A stretch of 64,000 nt of DNA from Terriglobia bacterium (GTDB taxonomy: Bacteria; Acidobacteriota; Terriglobia; 2-12-FULL-54-10), in the NCBI GenBank assembly GCA_963666975.2, contig CAXVYR010000003.1, positions 192,001 through 256,000 on the forward strand, in the 5' to 3' direction. Within the stretch, counting starts at the first letter, position 1. Every line of letters starts with the position of its first letter. A program made the position numbers and the translations under genes. A model generated the notes under the pieces. It was not told the DNA's origin. It worked only from the letters and a program-made list of their open reading frames with translations, and searched no databases. Of this stretch, positions 55,126 through 64,000 are shown piece after piece.

Positions 55126-56682
55126 TCACAGCGGGATGTTGCCGTGCTTTTTGGGCGGCATGGTGTCGCGTTTGTTGGCGAGCATGCGCAGCGCCCGAAT
55201 CAGCTTGCGGCGCGTCTGGCGCGGCTGAATCACCTCATCCACATACCCTTTTTCGGCGGCGATATAGGGGTTTGCGAAGAGGCGCTTGAACTCCTCCACC
55301 TTGGCGGTGCGCACCTTCTCTCCGTTTTTCGCGCCGGCCAGCTCGCGGCGGTAGATGATGTTGACCGCGCCTTCCGGCCCCATCACGGCGATTTCGGCGG
55401 TGGGAAAAGCGTAGTTCACGTCGGTGCGGATATGCTTGGAGGACATGACGCAGTAGGCCCCGCCGTAAGCCTTGCGCGTGATGACGGTCAGCTTGGGCAC
55501 GGTGGCCTCGGCGAAGGCGTACAGGAGTTTTGCGCCGTGCTTGATGATCCCGCCGTACTCCTGCTGCGTGCCGGGAAGGAAGCCGGGAACGTCCTCGAAA
55601 GTAATCAGCGGCAGGTTGAAACAGTCGCAGAAGCGGACAAAGCGCGCGCCCTTCAGCGAGGCGTTGATGTCGAGCGTCCCGGCCAGCACCGCCGGCTGAT
55701 TGGCCACGATCCCGACCGGCTGGCCGCCCAGGCGCGCGAAGCCTACGACCAGGTTCTGGGCGAAGAGTTCCTGCACTTCAAAAAAATAACCGTCATCGAC
55801 AACATGGTGGATCAGGTCCCGCATCTCGTAAGGCAGGTCCGGTTCGGCGGGCACGATGGTGTCAAGCTTTTCCTCCTCGCGGTCGATTGGGTCCGCCGAA
55901 GCCTTTACCGGCGGGTCTTCCATGCAGTTGGAGGGCAGAAACGAGAGCATCTCCCGGATGAGCGACAGGCAGTCGGGATCGTCGCGGGCGATAAAGTGCG
56001 CGACGCCGCTGATGGTGTTGTGTGTTACGGAGCCGCCGAGCTCTTGCATGCTCACCTCTTCGTGCGTTACGGTGCGGAGCACGTCCGGCCCGGTGACGAA
56101 CATGTAGCTGGTGTCCTGGACCATTACGATGAAATCTGTAATGGCGGGGGAGTAGACCGCTCCTCCGGCGCAAGGTCCCATGACGGCGGAGATCTGCGGA
56201 ACCACTCCGCTGGCCATGGTGTTGCGGAGAAAGATGTCGGCATAACCGGCGAGCGATACCACTCCCTCCTGGATGCGCGCCCCGCCGGAGTCATTTATGC
56301 CGATCACCGGCGCGCCCACTTGCATGGCCCGGTCCATTACCTTGCAGATTTTGGCGGCGTTGCTCTCCGCCAGCGATCCGCCGAAAACGGTGAAGTCCTG
56401 GGCGAAGACGAAGACCGTGCGCCCCTCGACCCGGCCATAGCCGCTGACCACGCCGTCGCCGGGCACCTGCTGCGAAGCCATGTCGAAATCGGTGCAGCGG
56501 TGGGTGACGAGCTTGTCAAACTCCTCGAAGGTTCCCTCGTCCAGCAGCAACTCCACGCGCTCGCGCGCCGAGAGCTTGCCCTCCTTGTGCTGCCGCTCGG
56601 TGCGCTTTGCTCCGCCGCCTGCTTCGGCGGCTTGGTTGCGCCGGCGGAGTTCCGCCAGCTTTTCCTGAATCGTCTGTGCCAT
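55126..56682 (-). CDS. pccB: Acyl-CoA (propionyl/methylmalonyl-CoA) carboxyltransferase beta subunit
   Basis: [48 protein letters not shown] and KKHGNIPL motifs. Confidence 0.93.
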   Translation of the reverse strand: MAQTIQEKLAELRRRNQAAEAGGGAKRTERQHKEGKLSARERVELLLDEGTFEEFDKLVTHRCTDFDMASQQVPGDGVVSGYGRVEGRTVFVFAQDFTVFGGSLAESNAAKICKVMDRAMQVGAPVIGINDSGGARIQEGVVSLAGYADIFLRNTMASGVVPQISAVMGPCAGGAVYSPAITDFIVMVQDTSYMFVTGPDVLRTVTHEEVSMQELGGSVTHNTISGVAHFIARDDPDCLSLIREMLSFLPSNCMEDPPVKASADPIDREEEKLDTIVPAEPDLPYEMRDLIHHVVDDGYFFEVQELFAQNLVVGFARLGGQPVGIVANQPAVLAGTLDINASLKGARFVRFCDCFNLPLITFEDVPGFLPGTQQEYGGIIKHGAKLLYAFAEATVPKLTVITRKAYGGAYCVMSSKHIRTDVNYAFPTAEIAVMGPEGAVNIIYRRELAGAKNGEKVRTAKVEEFKRLFANPYIAAEKGYVDEVIQPRQTRRKLIRALRMLANKRDTMPPKKHGNIPL

Positions 56683-56764
56683 AGGTGACAGTCCTTAGTT
56701 CTCAGCCTTAGTCCTCAGCCATCGGTCATTGGTCATCGATCCCGCGAACCCACCCGGAAGTTTC

Positions 56765-57226
56765 TCACCTGCCATTGGAGCCCAGACCGTTCCATAGCTC
56801 GCAAACGACGATGGAATTGTAAGGGTTCTGGGGAGCGTACTTCACAGTTGCCGCCGCGCCGGGAGAGCATGTCGCCGGACGAACCACGTGGCGCAGACCG
56901 TAAATCTCCTGCGCGGCGGAATATTCCACTCCTGCCACGGAATACCGGTAAAACAGCAGCCGGGAGTTTCCCGGTTCGCCGATAGAGTCCGGGGCATCGA
57001 GCAGCGTGCCGTCCGTCATGCGGCCCACAGCATTTACGGCCAGGCGGCGTTCCCGCTCCAGCTCGGAGGCGGACTTGCGCCGTCTCCGCAGCAGCAGCCA
57101 GAGTCCGGCTCCTGCTGCGACGCCGGAAGTTGCCAGAAGGGCTATCATCATGGACAGGCTCATGGCTTTATGGTGTCTATCCTCTTTCCGGCGCAGTGCC
57201 CGAAGCGGCTCCCAGCTTACAATCAC
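56765..57226 (-). CDS. Small membrane-anchored hypothetical protein
   Basis: TM helix followed by RRRRK; YRYSVAGVEY...VKYAPQNPYNSIVV (DUF3592-like pattern). Start probably 57163. Confidence 0.65.
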   Translation of the reverse strand: MIVSWEPLRALRRKEDRHHKAMSLSMMIALLATSGVAAGAGLWLLLRRRRKSASELERERRLAVNAVGRMTDGTLLDAPDSIGEPGNSRLLFYRYSVAGVEYSAAQEIYGLRHVVRPATCSPGAAATVKYAPQNPYNSIVVCELWNGLGSNGR

Positions 57227-57258
57227 TTTCCCTGGTTCGCAACGGCAATCGGGAAGGT

Positions 57259-58446
57259 TTACTCTGCCGTTACTACAGCGTCTTCCGAAGCGGCGCTCTC
57301 GTTTCCGTTTCCATCAAGGGCCGTCACGCGATACAGATACCGAGCGCCCGGCGTGGGGCTTGGATCGCGGAAAAGCGGTGCCGGCAATAATCCCATGTTC
57401 AACTTGAGCAGGGCATCCCCGTCGCGCCGGTATACGTTGTATCCCGCCAAGTCTGCTTCTGAATTCGGGCTCCACGCCAGGTCGACGGCCCCTGGAACCG
57501 CGACGGCCCGGACGTTCAGCGGGCTGGCGGGCGGGAAGCGGTCCACGGCGGCCACCTCTGCCGAATGGGACGGAGGCGTCAGGGCGGTGGATTCTCCCTG
57601 CCCCACAAAAGCTCGGACCGAGTACACATAGCTATGCCCAAACTCGAAGGTGCTGTCCTGATAGGCGGCAGAGCTGGTGGCGCCGAGCATGATTACGGTT
57701 TGAGTTGCTGGCTGGCTATCTGTCTGTCTGGCTGCTTGTGGCGAGCCAGCCTCGGCGCGATAGACCTGGTAGCCGTCCGGCTGCGGGGCTGTTCCGCCGA
57801 AGGCCGATAAGGGCGGAGCTTTCCATGCCAGATGAATAGCGCTTTCGGTGAGCGTAGCTTGGAGATCGAGGGGCGCTTCAGGCAGGTCGACGATCTCCAC
57901 CTGGACCAGGTTCGAGAAGCCTGCATCCTTATCTTTGTCGTTGATGGCTTTGACGGCAAAAAACGCTGTCTGCCGCAGTTGGCCGACGGCCAGAGGAAGT
58001 TCGTACAGCACTCTTTCCCGCCCCGCGGCGATTGCATCCGTGCCCAGCGTGGCGAGCAGCCGCGCACGTTCCGGGAAATCTCCCAGGGCCGTGCCTGGCG
58101 GGAGAAAAACTCCGTAGAGTTCCAGCCGCGCCAGCCGGCGCACGCGCGTGCCCTCGGTGGTGAGGCGGGGAGGAGACCATGCGAGATGGAGGCGGGAGCC
58201 CACCTGCGTGGCGGAAAGGTCGGTGGCCCGTTCCGGAATTTCCAGCAATGGAGGAAGCGGCTCGCCGGGAACTCCGCAACCCGCGAACAGCACCGTTGCT
58301 ATCCAGAAGGCCGCCGGCAGGACCCGCCGCAGACTTCCCTTTGCTTGGTCCGGTCTCATCTGTTTTTTCCTGCGGCGACCGAGAGGGCTCTCCTGTTCGG
58401 AGGTTTCGGTCCGGGGAGGTGACAGCATGAACGCTGAAGAAAGCAA
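57259..58446 (-). CDS. Fibronectin type III repeat lipoprotein
   Basis: Lipobox FAGC followed by GVPGEPLPP; LAW, YQVYR, YVYSVRA and YLYRVTALDGNGNES Fn3 patterns. Start probably near 58359. Confidence 0.85.
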   Translation of the reverse strand: MLSSAFMLSPPRTETSEQESPLGRRRKKQMRPDQAKGSLRRVLPAAFWIATVLFAGCGVPGEPLPPLLEIPERATDLSATQVGSRLHLAWSPPRLTTEGTRVRRLARLELYGVFLPPGTALGDFPERARLLATLGTDAIAAGRERVLYELPLAVGQLRQTAFFAVKAINDKDKDAGFSNLVQVEIVDLPEAPLDLQATLTESAIHLAWKAPPLSAFGGTAPQPDGYQVYRAEAGSPQAARQTDSQPATQTVIMLGATSSAAYQDSTFEFGHSYVYSVRAFVGQGESTALTPPSHSAEVAAVDRFPPASPLNVRAVAVPGAVDLAWSPNSEADLAGYNVYRRDGDALLKLNMGLLPAPLFRDPSPTPGARYLYRVTALDGNGNESAASEDAVVTAE

Positions 58447-58461
58447 AGAAATGGGAATCTT

Positions 58462-59892
58462 TTATAGAATGTAACGGCTGAGGTCTTGATCTTTGACGAT
58501 CTCGGCGAGCTGCTTTTGCACGTACGCCGAATCTATTTTCACGTTCTTCTTTTTCAGATCGGGTCCCTCGAAGGAGATCTCGTCCAGCAGACGCTCCATG
58601 ATGGTGTGGAGCCGCCGGGCCCCGATGTTTTCTGTCTGTTCGTTCACCATGGCGGCGAATTTCGCCACCTCCAGAACCGCCTCGTCGGTGAAAAACAGCT
58701 CGATGCCTTCGGTCTCCAGCAGCGCAATGTATTGCTTGAGCAGGGCGTTTTTAGGCTCCTGCAAAATTTTAACGAAGTCGTCCACGGTCAGGGGACTCAG
58801 CTCCACGCGGATGGGAAAACGGCCCTGCAGCTCCGGGATCAGGTCCGAGGGTTTGCTGACGTGGAACGCTCCGGCGGCGATAAACAGGATGTGGTCGGTC
58901 CGGACCATCCCGTAGCGGCTGTTTACGGTTGTGCCCTCGACAATCGGCAGGATGTCGCGCTGCACTCCCTCCCGGCTGACGTCGGGTCCGTGGCCCGTTT
59001 CCCGCCCGGCGATCTTGTCGAGCTCGTCCAGGAAAATGATGCCGGACTGTTCCGCACGCTCCACGGCCGTCCGTGTCACTTGGTCCATGTCCAGCAGTTT
59101 TTGTTCCTCTTCCTGGATCAGAAAGTCGACGGCCTCGGCCACGCGCATCTTGCGCTGTTTGGTCTTGGGGCCGAAAAAGCCGGGCAGGACATCTTTGATG
59201 TTGATGTCCATCTCCTCAATGCCGGTGTTGCTGATGACTTCAAAGGCCGGAAAGCTCCGCTCGCGCACGTCGATCTCGACTGTGCGGTCGTCGAGCCTGC
59301 CTTCGCGGAGCTGCTGGCGGATTTTCTCGCGGCTGCGCGTGAAGTTCTCGCTGGGCCGCTCCGGCTGGCTGGCAGCGGGCGCGGCGTCGCCTCCGGCTGG
59401 GACTCCGACCGGGCCCCCGACTGGACCCCCAACTGGACGAGGCAGCAGCAAATCCAGCAGGCGCTCTTCCGCGTTGGCCTCGGCCTTGTCGGCCACCTCT
59501 TCGAGTTTTTCCTCCCGCACCATGTCGATGGAGATCTCCACCAGGTCGCGGATCATGGATTCGACATCTCTCCCCACGTAGCCCACTTCGGTGAATTTGG
59601 AGGCCTCCACCTTCAGAAAGGGCGAGTTGGCCAGCCGGGCCAGCCGCCGCGCGATCTCTGTTTTGCCTACGCCGGTCGCCCCGATCATGATGATGTTCTT
59701 GGGCATGATCTCTTCGGCCATCTCCGCCGGAAGCTTCTGCCGCCGGATGCGGTTGCGCAGGGCGATGGCCACGGCCCGCTTGGCGGCCTTCTGTCCCACC
59801 ACGTGCTTGTCCAACTCCACGACGATCTCGCGCGGCGTCATCTGGTCAAGCGTTGCTGCCTCTTCTATGCTGCCGGGAAGGTAGATCACCAT
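58462..59892 (-). CDS. hslU: ATP-dependent protease ATPase subunit
   Basis: [35 protein letters not shown] and NIGARRL motifs. Confidence 0.97.
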   Translation of the reverse strand: MVIYLPGSIEEAATLDQMTPREIVVELDKHVVGQKAAKRAVAIALRNRIRRQKLPAEMAEEIMPKNIIMIGATGVGKTEIARRLARLANSPFLKVEASKFTEVGYVGRDVESMIRDLVEISIDMVREEKLEEVADKAEANAEERLLDLLLPRPVGGPVGGPVGVPAGGDAAPAASQPERPSENFTRSREKIRQQLREGRLDDRTVEIDVRERSFPAFEVISNTGIEEMDINIKDVLPGFFGPKTKQRKMRVAEAVDFLIQEEEQKLLDMDQVTRTAVERAEQSGIIFLDELDKIAGRETGHGPDVSREGVQRDILPIVEGTTVNSRYGMVRTDHILFIAAGAFHVSKPSDLIPELQGRFPIRVELSPLTVDDFVKILQEPKNALLKQYIALLETEGIELFFTDEAVLEVAKFAAMVNEQTENIGARRLHTIMERLLDEISFEGPDLKKKNVKIDSAYVQKQLAEIVKDQDLSRYIL

Positions 59893-59956
59893 ACTTCCTC
59901 TGGAAGAAATCCGTTCATAGCGCGGCGCTCAGGGCTCTTCACTGATAACTCTTCAC

Positions 59957-60487
59957 TTATAACTCTTCAATAGTAACGCTGTCGTTAGTAAAAATGCAGG
60001 ATTTTCCGGCTATCGCCATCGCCTCGGCCACGACTTCCCGGGCGGAAAACTGCGTATGAAGCATCAGGGCGCGGGCCGCAGCCAGCGCCACCGGCCCCCC
60101 GGAGCCGATAGCGGTCATCCCGTCGTCCGGCTCGATCAAGTCGCCCTGCCCGCTGAGCAGGAACATATTTTTTTCATCCGACACCAGGAGCAGGGCTTCC
60201 AAATGCCGCAAAGCGCGGTCGGTGCGCCAGTCCTTGGCCAGCTCTACGGCGGCGCGGCTCAGGTTTCCGTTGAACTGCTCGAGCTTGGTCTCGAAACGCG
60301 AGAACAGGGAGAAGGCGTCGGCGGTGGACCCGGCGAAGCCGGCCATGATTTTGTTGTTATAGAGGCGGCGGATTTTTTTGGCCGTGTGTTTAATCACGTT
60401 TTCGCCCAGCGTCACCTGGCCGTCGCCTCCCATGACGACTTTATCGTTCCGCCTGACGCACAAGATGGTGGTTGACCGGACCTGCAT
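59957..60487 (-). CDS. hslV: ATP-dependent protease peptidase subunit
   Basis: [24 protein letters not shown] and AIGSGG motifs; start set at 60487. Confidence 0.96.
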   Translation of the reverse strand: MQVRSTTILCVRRNDKVVMGGDGQVTLGENVIKHTAKKIRRLYNNKIMAGFAGSTADAFSLFSRFETKLEQFNGNLSRAAVELAKDWRTDRALRHLEALLLVSDEKNMFLLSGQGDLIEPDDGMTAIGSGGPVALAAARALMLHTQFSAREVVAEAMAIAGKSCIFTNDSVTIEEL

Positions 60488-60642
60488 ATTTTTCTCTCGT
60501 CGGAAGCAAAAAGCAGTATAGCAGAAATCAAACCGGCGCAAGACCGCAGCCGCCGGACGGCGGTTCAGTTGGTATAAGGAGGATCCTTTCGGGAGAGGGT
60601 AAAATAGGAATCGAAAATTTGGTTTACATGAGTGGAGAAGCC

Positions 60643-62754
60643 ATGCGTCGTTTCTGGGACAGGATTGTTTTTGATGACCTAAATCGCTGGCCGTTCTTTG
60701 CGGTTGTCTTCCTGATTGCTGTCGTCTACTTTTTTTCAATCTTTGATCTTGCATTCATCACAAAAGGGAACTATTGGTTATCGAACCGTGGTGATGCGGG
60801 CCAGCATTTAGTCGGCTTCCTCCATTTCGTCCGGGACGAGTGGCGCTTCCCTCTGTTCCAAACACAAACCCTGGGATATCCGCACGGCACAAACATTATT
60901 TTTACCGACAGTATTCCTCTTTTAGCGCTCCTCTTCAAAATTCTGGCGCCGATCATCCCGGATGGATTCCATCCGTTCGGTCTATGGATTTTCGTCTGTT
61001 ACCTCCTGCTCGCCCATGCTTTCAGCTCTTTGTTGTATCACTTTGGCCATCGCAGCTTGATTGCCGCCCTTGCAAGTGGGCTGTTCGCGGTCATGACGCC
61101 GTTTTTTATGGAACGCCTGCTGCGGCCGCACGCAGCCCTGTGCGGCCAATTTCTGGTTGTTTATGCGTTACTCCTGTACTTCAAAGTCGCTGACGGGCAA
61201 AAACAGCGCCGTACCTTCGTTTTATTCACGCTCTTGTTGGCCGTCGCACTGCTGATTCATGTATATCTCTTCGCCATGGTGGCGGCCATTTACTGCTGTG
61301 CCGTGGTAAACGCGGCGATCCATCCTGGCCGCTCGTGGCGTGACCTCGGCGTCGGTATCCTGGGAACGGCTGCGGCAGTGGCTGCCACAATTCTGGTTGC
61401 CGGTCACGTGTCACAGTCGATGTACCTAACGGCCTCGTTGGGCTTCGGCCATTATTCGATGAACCTATTGGCGCCTGTGGCGTCACCCCATCACAGCTTT
61501 CTCTATTACAGAAGCCTGGATGCTACTGGGGGGCAATTCGATGGATTCAACTATTGGGGTATCGGCATTATCCTGTTGCTGTGTGCAGGAATGCCTGTTT
61601 TGTTGAAGAACTGCCGCATGCTGCTCAACCGCCGGTTGTGGCCGCTGACGCTCGGCTTGCTGGCTCTTACCCTCTTTGCTCTATCAAATCAAGTTTACTT
61701 AGGACACCAGCGGATACTGTCCTTCGATTTGCCGGGACCGTTGTTCTCCCTTGCCGACCAGTTTCGCAGCAGCGGCCGATTCTTCTGGGTGGTGTCCTAT
61801 GCGGTAATGGCACTAGCGGTTTGTAGTGGCCTAAGCGTCCGGCGGCGCTGGGCGGCTGCGGTTCTGGTAATAGCCGCTGTGGGATTGCAATTGGCTGACA
61901 CCGGGTCGATGCGCAATGGCCTGCGACAGGTTGCCAACGTCGGCGAGGAGCGCCCGGTTGCCGAAGAGAGATGGAACCCTATCCTCAGTGTGCATCAGTT
62001 GGTCGTGCTGCTGCCGCCAACCCAATGTGGGGGCTCTCGCAACCAATATACAGAAATCGGCCGCATTGCAGCCGAATCCGGGGTCGCCTTCCACAGCGTT
62101 TGGGCCGGGCGTTATAATATGGCTTCACTTGAATCTTGCCGCGCGTTGAATAAAGATGTGCTCGACAATGGCTTCCGGCCCGGCGTGCTCTACCTCGTCG
62201 ACACCAAAGCATTACGCTCCTTTCGCCAGCGACCGGAACTGAAGAAATTTTGCAGCCAGTTGGAGGGACGCACCCTCTGCACGCTCCAGCGCGCCGAGCT
62301 AAACCTGCCGCCGCTTGCCCAGGACAGCGGACTCGCTCTCTGGCCTTCCGATACGACGCGGTTCAGCGCGTTAGAGCTGGCCGACTTCCTTGGCATCGGC
62401 TGGAGCTACATGGAAAGGAGCGGGGTGTGGTCTCTCGGTTACCAGTCGGAACTCTTCTTTCGCCTGCCATCCTGTGCGGACGCTACAAGCCTGCGCGTAA
62501 AAATTCTCCCATTCGTCGGGCACGAAGGGCAGACGGTCACTCTATCGGCCAACGGTGGTGAACCAGTGATCCGCCACTACAGCGAACCCAATACCGAGAA
62601 CCTCGTGATACCGATCGGCACCTGTGACACGGATGACCCAATCATTGCCATTACGTTTTTGGTAGACAAGCCGGTGTCCACGTTGGAAACCGGAGAAAGC
62701 GGCGATGCACGCCCGCTCGGTCTTCATCTCATGGAAGCAGAGTTACTGCAGTAA
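60643..62754 (+). CDS. Polytopic membrane protein, possible GT-C-type glycosyltransferase (DUF6311-like)
   Basis: About 12 hydrophobic segments; DAGQH...DEWRFPL...[14 protein letters not shown]; FRSSGRFFW; C-terminal GWS..E.SGVWS beta domain; GGAG RBS. Confidence 0.7.
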   Translation: MRRFWDRIVFDDLNRWPFFAVVFLIAVVYFFSIFDLAFITKGNYWLSNRGDAGQHLVGFLHFVRDEWRFPLFQTQTLGYPHGTNIIFTDSIPLLALLFKILAPIIPDGFHPFGLWIFVCYLLLAHAFSSLLYHFGHRSLIAALASGLFAVMTPFFMERLLRPHAALCGQFLVVYALLLYFKVADGQKQRRTFVLFTLLLAVALLIHVYLFAMVAAIYCCAVVNAAIHPGRSWRDLGVGILGTAAAVAATILVAGHVSQSMYLTASLGFGHYSMNLLAPVASPHHSFLYYRSLDATGGQFDGFNYWGIGIILLLCAGMPVLLKNCRMLLNRRLWPLTLGLLALTLFALSNQVYLGHQRILSFDLPGPLFSLADQFRSSGRFFWVVSYAVMALAVCSGLSVRRRWAAAVLVIAAVGLQLADTGSMRNGLRQVANVGEERPVAEERWNPILSVHQLVVLLPPTQCGGSRNQYTEIGRIAAESGVAFHSVWAGRYNMASLESCRALNKDVLDNGFRPGVLYLVDTKALRSFRQRPELKKFCSQLEGRTLCTLQRAELNLPPLAQDSGLALWPSDTTRFSALELADFLGIGWSYMERSGVWSLGYQSELFFRLPSCADATSLRVKILPFVGHEGQTVTLSANGGEPVIRHYSEPNTENLVIPIGTCDTDDPIIAITFLVDKPVSTLETGESGDARPLGLHLMEAELLQ

Positions 62755-62847
62755 CGGCTCTCGTGCCAGAATTAGGTGAGTTTCCTTGACGCCGCTCTTC
62801 GCGCTGGGCTATTATCGTTAAATAGCGGTCATGAAGGGGGTTCTCTG

Positions 62848-64000
62848 TTGAGAAGCAATGTTTTCGGATGGCCCGGATGGTCCAGATGGAAAGTCGCTTT
62901 GTGGCTGTCTTTCTTGACGACTCTCCTCCTGGTATCGAGCCAGTCTCAGCCGGTACGGGCGCAAGTCGCCGCCCCGGTCGCCGCAGAAGTTTCCAAAGAT
63001 AACGCTCCGCAGACTTCCATATTTCCCCTTGCCGATATTCGGCCCGGCATGAGGGGAATCGGCAAAACCGTTTTCTTAGGCTACAAAGTCGAGGAGTTCC
63101 AAGTGGAAATCCTGGGAGTCCTCAAGAACGTGGCCCCGCGACAGAGCATGATTCTCGCACGCCTGTCGGGAGGGCCGCTCGAAAGAACCGGCGTCATGGC
63201 CGGCATGAGCGGCAGCCCGGTTTATATCGACGGGAAGTTGGTGGGCGCGGTCGCATCCGGCTTTCAGTTTTCCAAGGAGCCGATTGCCGGCATCACTCCC
63301 ATGGAGCAGATGTTCGATGCCTTCGAGGGTGTTTCTGAAGCACCGCAGCAAGAGACAACACAGATCGCAGAAGCCGGGCAGATCGCATGGACCTTTGAGC
63401 CCGGCATCGAGAGAGGCGACGATCTTCGCTTGATTCCCTCAGGCGAGCCGGACTGGATGCCGCCCTTCCGAAGCGAGCCGAGCCGTGTCTTCTGGGGCGG
63501 GGCGGAAACATCGATGGTGCACATCGCCACGCCGCTGATGCTCTCCGGATTCACCGCAGAGGCCATGGAGCACTTCCAGCCGCAACTCCGCTCTCTGGGG
63601 CTGATTCCCACGCAGGGGGGCAGCGGCGGGTCACAAGACGACAGCGCCATGGGCGACCTTTCCCGCTTGCAGCCCGGCTCCATGATCAGCGTGCAATTGG
63701 TGCGCGGCGACATGGGCGTGAACGCCGACGGCACCGTCACGCACGTGGAGCAAGACCGCGTGTACGCCTTCGGGCACCGGCTGCTGGCGGCGGGTCCCAT
63801 CGAAATTCCTTTCTCGGAGTCGCGAGTCATCACCCCGCTGGCGGGTTACGCCATCTCCATGAAGCTCTCCACGCCGGGCCGGTTGCTCGGCGTCATCCGG
63901 CAAGACCGCAGTTCCGGAATTTTCGGCCGCTTGGGGGAAACAGCCCGCATGATCCCCATTGAGTTCGAGATGGTTTCGGGCAACCGAACCACGCGCTCCT
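62848..64000 (+). CDS. SpoIVB/peptidase S55-domain exported protein (runs off window end)
   Basis: Manual translation from TTG 62848: signal peptide, PGMRGIGKTVF, GVMAGMSGSPVYIDGKLVGAV, VYAFGH. Confidence 0.88.
   Translation, partial: MRSNVFGWPGWSRWKVALWLSFLTTLLLVSSQSQPVRAQVAAPVAAEVSKDNAPQTSIFPLADIRPGMRGIGKTVFLGYKVEEFQVEILGVLKNVAPRQSMILARLSGGPLERTGVMAGMSGSPVYIDGKLVGAVASGFQFSKEPIAGITPMEQMFDAFEGVSEAPQQETTQIAEAGQIAWTFEPGIERGDDLRLIPSGEPDWMPPFRSEPSRVFWGGAETSMVHIATPLMLSGFTAEAMEHFQPQLRSLGLIPTQGGSGGSQDDSAMGDLSRLQPGSMISVQLVRGDMGVNADGTVTHVEQDRVYAFGHRLLAAGPIEIPFSESRVITPLAGYAISMKLSTPGRLLGVIRQDRSSGIFGRLGETARMIPIEFEMVSGNRTTRS

Noticed and set aside
55144-59973. Long plus-strand ORFs 55144-56688 and 58486-59973
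   Set aside because: Antisense shadows of pccB and hslU caused by codon bias.

Overview
GC-rich bacterial chromosomal window, most likely Acidobacteriota. This is inferred from the acidobacterial-type VWA protein with its giant partner, the SpoIVB/S55 peptidase, the BON protein and the REP-like palindrome families. Most of the content is housekeeping: leuA (partial), the pncB-pncA-nrtR NAD salvage operon, glmU, yvcK, class II RNR nrdJ, argC-argB-argA, an acyl-CoA carboxylase (pccB/accC/BCCP) and hslUV. Accessory modules are a heavy-metal CBA efflux operon, a RelE-type toxin-antitoxin pair inside a REP mosaic, a MOSC-reductase fusion, and a murL/murD2 pair interrupted by a GxxExxY cassette. 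I recognised no rRNA, tRNA, CRISPR array or transposase. The best leads are: (1) a probably leaderless, secreted His-rich ORF ending in RAPP directly upstream of the metal efflux operon, a candidate metal-sensing ribosome-arrest leader; (2) a GxxExxY nuclease cassette bounded by 28-bp inverted repeats that supply the murL stop and its own start and stop codons; (3) REP-like palindromes translated in frame inside nrdJ and murL; (4) an unexplained 53-60 bp direct repeat bracketing the MOSC gene; (5) a catalytically dead, I-site-intact membrane GGDEF protein. NrtR, NrdR, ArgR and sigma54 sites are readable directly from the sequence. All family assignments come from motif recognition by eye, not database searches.
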